Source: Chiloscyllium plagiosum
Taxonomy: Eukaryota
DNA: 64,000 nucleotides
Reading direction: 5' to 3'
Assembly: GCF_004010195.1 (NCBI RefSeq)
Contig: NC_057746.1
Coordinates: 15,426,974-15,490,973 of the forward strand
A program made the position numbers and the translations under genes. Below the pieces are notes generated by a model that was not told the origin of the DNA, searched no databases, and worked only from the letters and a program-made list of their open reading frames with translations. The first letter of the stretch is position 1, and every line of letters begins with the position of its first letter. Positions 60,836 through 64,000 of the stretch are shown here, in pieces.

Positions 60836-63371
60836 GTAATGCGTTGGATTTTCTGAGCACTGGCAGTCTGCCACTCTGCCCCTCTTTGTTCAAAAGGTGG
60901 GAGATCTGCAATGCTGGCAGGAAATTCCAGTCAATGCTCCCTCAGAAATACAGAGCTGTGCTTCTCCATTCTCGTCCCTTGGTTATGCAGATCAGTCAAG
61001 GAACTGGGGAGAGGGGTGGTTTCATATTACATTCACTCCTGATGACAATCTACCTTCACATTCTGAACCGTGAAGATCAAGAACAACAGACAGCCCCTTT
61101 GAGGAGCTGCCGTGAAACAGTCAAATACCTCAGGTGTGTGTGAGGTTCAAGTGCCAAGACCATAGTGTGCCATTGGGTTAGAAGCCAGAGAGCCACATGG
61201 ATAGAGTGCCAACTGGATGGAAGAGAATTGACAGGTGCAAGGGTGGGGAAGATTGAACAGCGGAAGGCAGTGGGATGGAATTTGGGTTGGTTACAAGATG
61301 AGGATGATACTGGGGTTGACCAAAACAGAGAATGGATCCGAAGCAGGACAAAATGTTTCAGCTCACAAGCATTGAAGTGTCAGTTCTGAAAGCAGATGAA
61401 CGGTAGTAGGGAGGGGAATCCTGAGTGTAGTAGTGGGAAAGAGGGGTCATTTTTTAGTGGTGGGGGAGTGGAATTGTGTCCAAATCTGATCAAGGGGGGT
61501 CCAAAGGAGAGAAGGGGGTGTCAGGTCAGTTGCTGTAGGAGTGTAAGTGGTCTAGGATAGTTGCAGATTGGAGCTCTGGAAGCAATTATAGAGTCAACTG
61601 AATCGTTACTCAGATGCTCAAAAAATGTATTTAACAGAGAAGCTTTTCCTGATAATCATTTGCTTAATTTTGATCAGAACCCTGACTTCTTTGTAAGCTT
61701 ATTTTGCACTCAAATAAGTGTTGTCAGCCCAGAGATGCCCTATATGGTGGCTGACATTTACCCCTGACATGGCAGCAAGGTGTAAATTTGGGGCTTGTTT
61801 TTTGTGAGCAGGCACCTGGAGGTTCTGAGGAACAGGACAATGCAGAGGAGGGCCATCCTCTTCGCCCAAGCCCCGCAATAGAGGCTGTGGCACTGTAATC
61901 TACCAGCCTGGTCAAGGTTTCCACCCAGGCCAGTTTGTCATGAGTCATCTGGAGTGTGGGAAGAAAGTCAATGTCCTTCTCCTCTCTGTTAAGGTGACAG
62001 CTCTTTCTTTCCTATCTCACATTCACTCCATCACTGCTATTGCTCACAGCTCCCACCAAGGCTGAAGTTCTACCATTCTTACTATTGCAAGCAAGATATG
62101 TCCGCGTTTGTCCTCATCCACCTCAATATCCAATATCACTAACCCTGCATGCCCAATACGCCAGCCTATTTACTCACTTGGGGCAGCTTGCCTATTTCCT
62201 CCAGCCTGTTCCATCAACAATATTTGTGCAGCCATTTTCATCTCACTCAATCACCATTCTCAGCAGACAGGAGAAAATAGCCCACAAGAGAACAGAAAAA
62301 ACCCGGATCGGTGGTGGCTGCCAGAGATTCGACTGCTCACTCCCAATCAAGATAGAATCCTGACCAAGTGGTTGACTGAACATGTCCAAGCTCCTGGACT
62401 GGTATCAAAAGCTGCTGTTGACTTATTATGCTGGAAGGCTCCTGATTGAAGGTCATCTCCCATGCTGTATCTGTGCCATGCGGAAAACCAGCTTCCTGCC
62501 TTTGTATCTGCACTGAACAGCAAGGCAAGATAGAACTACTGTGCCTGACAGCTTTGCCTGAGGGGGCAAACTTCAAAAAGCCAAGGCAAGGCAGTGATGC
62601 TTTTGAGAATCAAGGTGCGTTCAAAGCAAGTAAGCAAGATGAGAGTGAGAGAACAGCCTTGAGGTGCAACCTGGTCCAGTCCGTGATCAGAGTGCTTGTC
62701 TGTGTGAGGCTGCCTGCCCCTCTGCAGAAACTGTCCTTGCAGTAGCATTTCAATGCTAATTGCCTGTGAATCCCAGCCCCTGAGTTTCAGCATTGAAGTT
62801 CAGAGATGTGCCATCAGAATACAGAGAATCTGGCAAGCTGTTGGGTGCAAATGTCCATAGACAAAGTTGTTTATGTGGCTAGTGCCCTGGAGGACATTCT
62901 GCAATATCATTGCAAGGTGTTCAAGATGATAGCCCACGGCACCATGCAGAGAGCAGGAATCTCCAGTTTACCACTGTGATACTGGTGTCTGGAATTGTCA
63001 AATTTGAGTTTCCTCGTGGCAAGTGGTAGGTTAGGAAACAGAATAGCAATGAGGCAATATTCAGTGTTAGTTAGGCTGTTAACAGGCAATAATTCCCATT
63101 CATAGGCCGCTCACAAACATGAAGGTCATCTTGATGCCTGGAACTCAGAAAAAGCAGATGTCGTGATAGGTCTGGCTGGATTTCACATGTGCCTCTCCCA
63201 AATTTCTCACCATAGTCCACATCATTCATGCCCCTCTAAGATTCCACCTAAGAGCTAGTGCCAAGATAGCAAGGAGGCCTCACAGCAACAAGCCGTGCCC
63301 AGCGCTTAAAAGTGTGCTCAGTCCCATGGGGTCAGCACATCCCATTTCTTGGACACAAGAGTGGGCATGGA

Positions 63372-63422
63372 TTAAAGTGATGCTGGAAAAGCACAGCAAG
63401 TCAGTCAGCATCCAAGGAGCAA
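63372..63422 (-). mobile_element. Short PLE tail fragment
   Basis: GCTGGAAAAGCACAGCAAGTCAGTCAGCATCCAAGGAGCA matches 50164-50203. Confidence 0.7.
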
Positions 63423-63939
63423 GCATGTCTTTTGGAGGCAGACTCATCCATGTGTTGGAGAGCCAAGGTGCACATATTATCATTGAAAGGTTGGCCTAAA
63501 GGGTATAAAGTGTCTGGTCAATGAATAGAAGGGAGTAGAAGGCATATGGAATACACAAGTCTATGGAAGCAGGGCTGAGGTGATGGAGGATTCATTCGAG
63601 ATGAGTTGGCATGAATGGGGCATGAGGTGTATGTAAGAGTGAGAAGAAGTGAAAAGGTTTTGAGTTGTGAAAGCTAGAGGAACACTTCATTATTTATTAG
63701 GACACAATGCTAGATGCCTGAGATTGTTTTCTTGCCCAGCCCACCTCAGAAACCAGCAGAACCATGATTCCCAATCGAGCTCGCTTCCCAAGATCAAAAA
63801 TGGGAAACACAGGTCATAATTTTTTGAATTTGAGTTTGTCAAAGTTGGGTATTCTCCCACCTCTGTGCCCTGACCCCAAGTCGGTCGAGGTGACTTTCAG
63901 AAAATGTACCAGAGTACAGCCCAGTCACAGAACCACAAG

Positions 63940-64000
63940 AACATAGAACATAGAACATAGAAGAATACAGCGCAGTACAGGCCCTTCGGCCCTCGATGTT
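63940..64000 (-). mobile_element. CR1 3' end running off the window
   Basis: (ACATAGA)n tail; reverse complement of ~160-220. Confidence 0.88.

Noticed and set aside
60836-63900. Possible decayed DNA transposon (Harbinger-like)
   Set aside because: No transposase motif, terminal inverted repeats or TSD could be identified by eye; left unannotated
55705-64000. Upstream netrin-G laminin-EGF exons
   Set aside because: No Cys-patterned minus-strand exon found; they probably lie beyond the window

Overview
Repeat-rich vertebrate genomic DNA, most likely a shark (inferred from HE1/V-SINE-type tRNA SINEs, CR1 LINEs, a 33-bp CAGTACTGAGGGAGTGCTGCACTGTCAGAGGGT satellite and shark-type GPCR paralogues), with two N gaps (9249-9673, 26251-26750). 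Host-gene content: a disrupted muscarinic M2-like GPCR (14813-16216, +); a disrupted GPR139/142-like GPCR whose apparent exon 1 (1707-1770) and exon 2 (21092-22054) bracket the M2-like gene; and the terminal EGF/GPI exon of a divergent netrin-G gene (55475-55704, -). The rest is CR1 fragments, SINEs, two decayed Gypsy elements and many short Penelope-like (PLE) insertions. The PLE pieces carry minimal hammerhead-ribozyme motifs, occur with target-site duplications (TSDs), and twice form ~91-bp-arm palindromes. All family assignments come from motif recognition by eye, not database searches.
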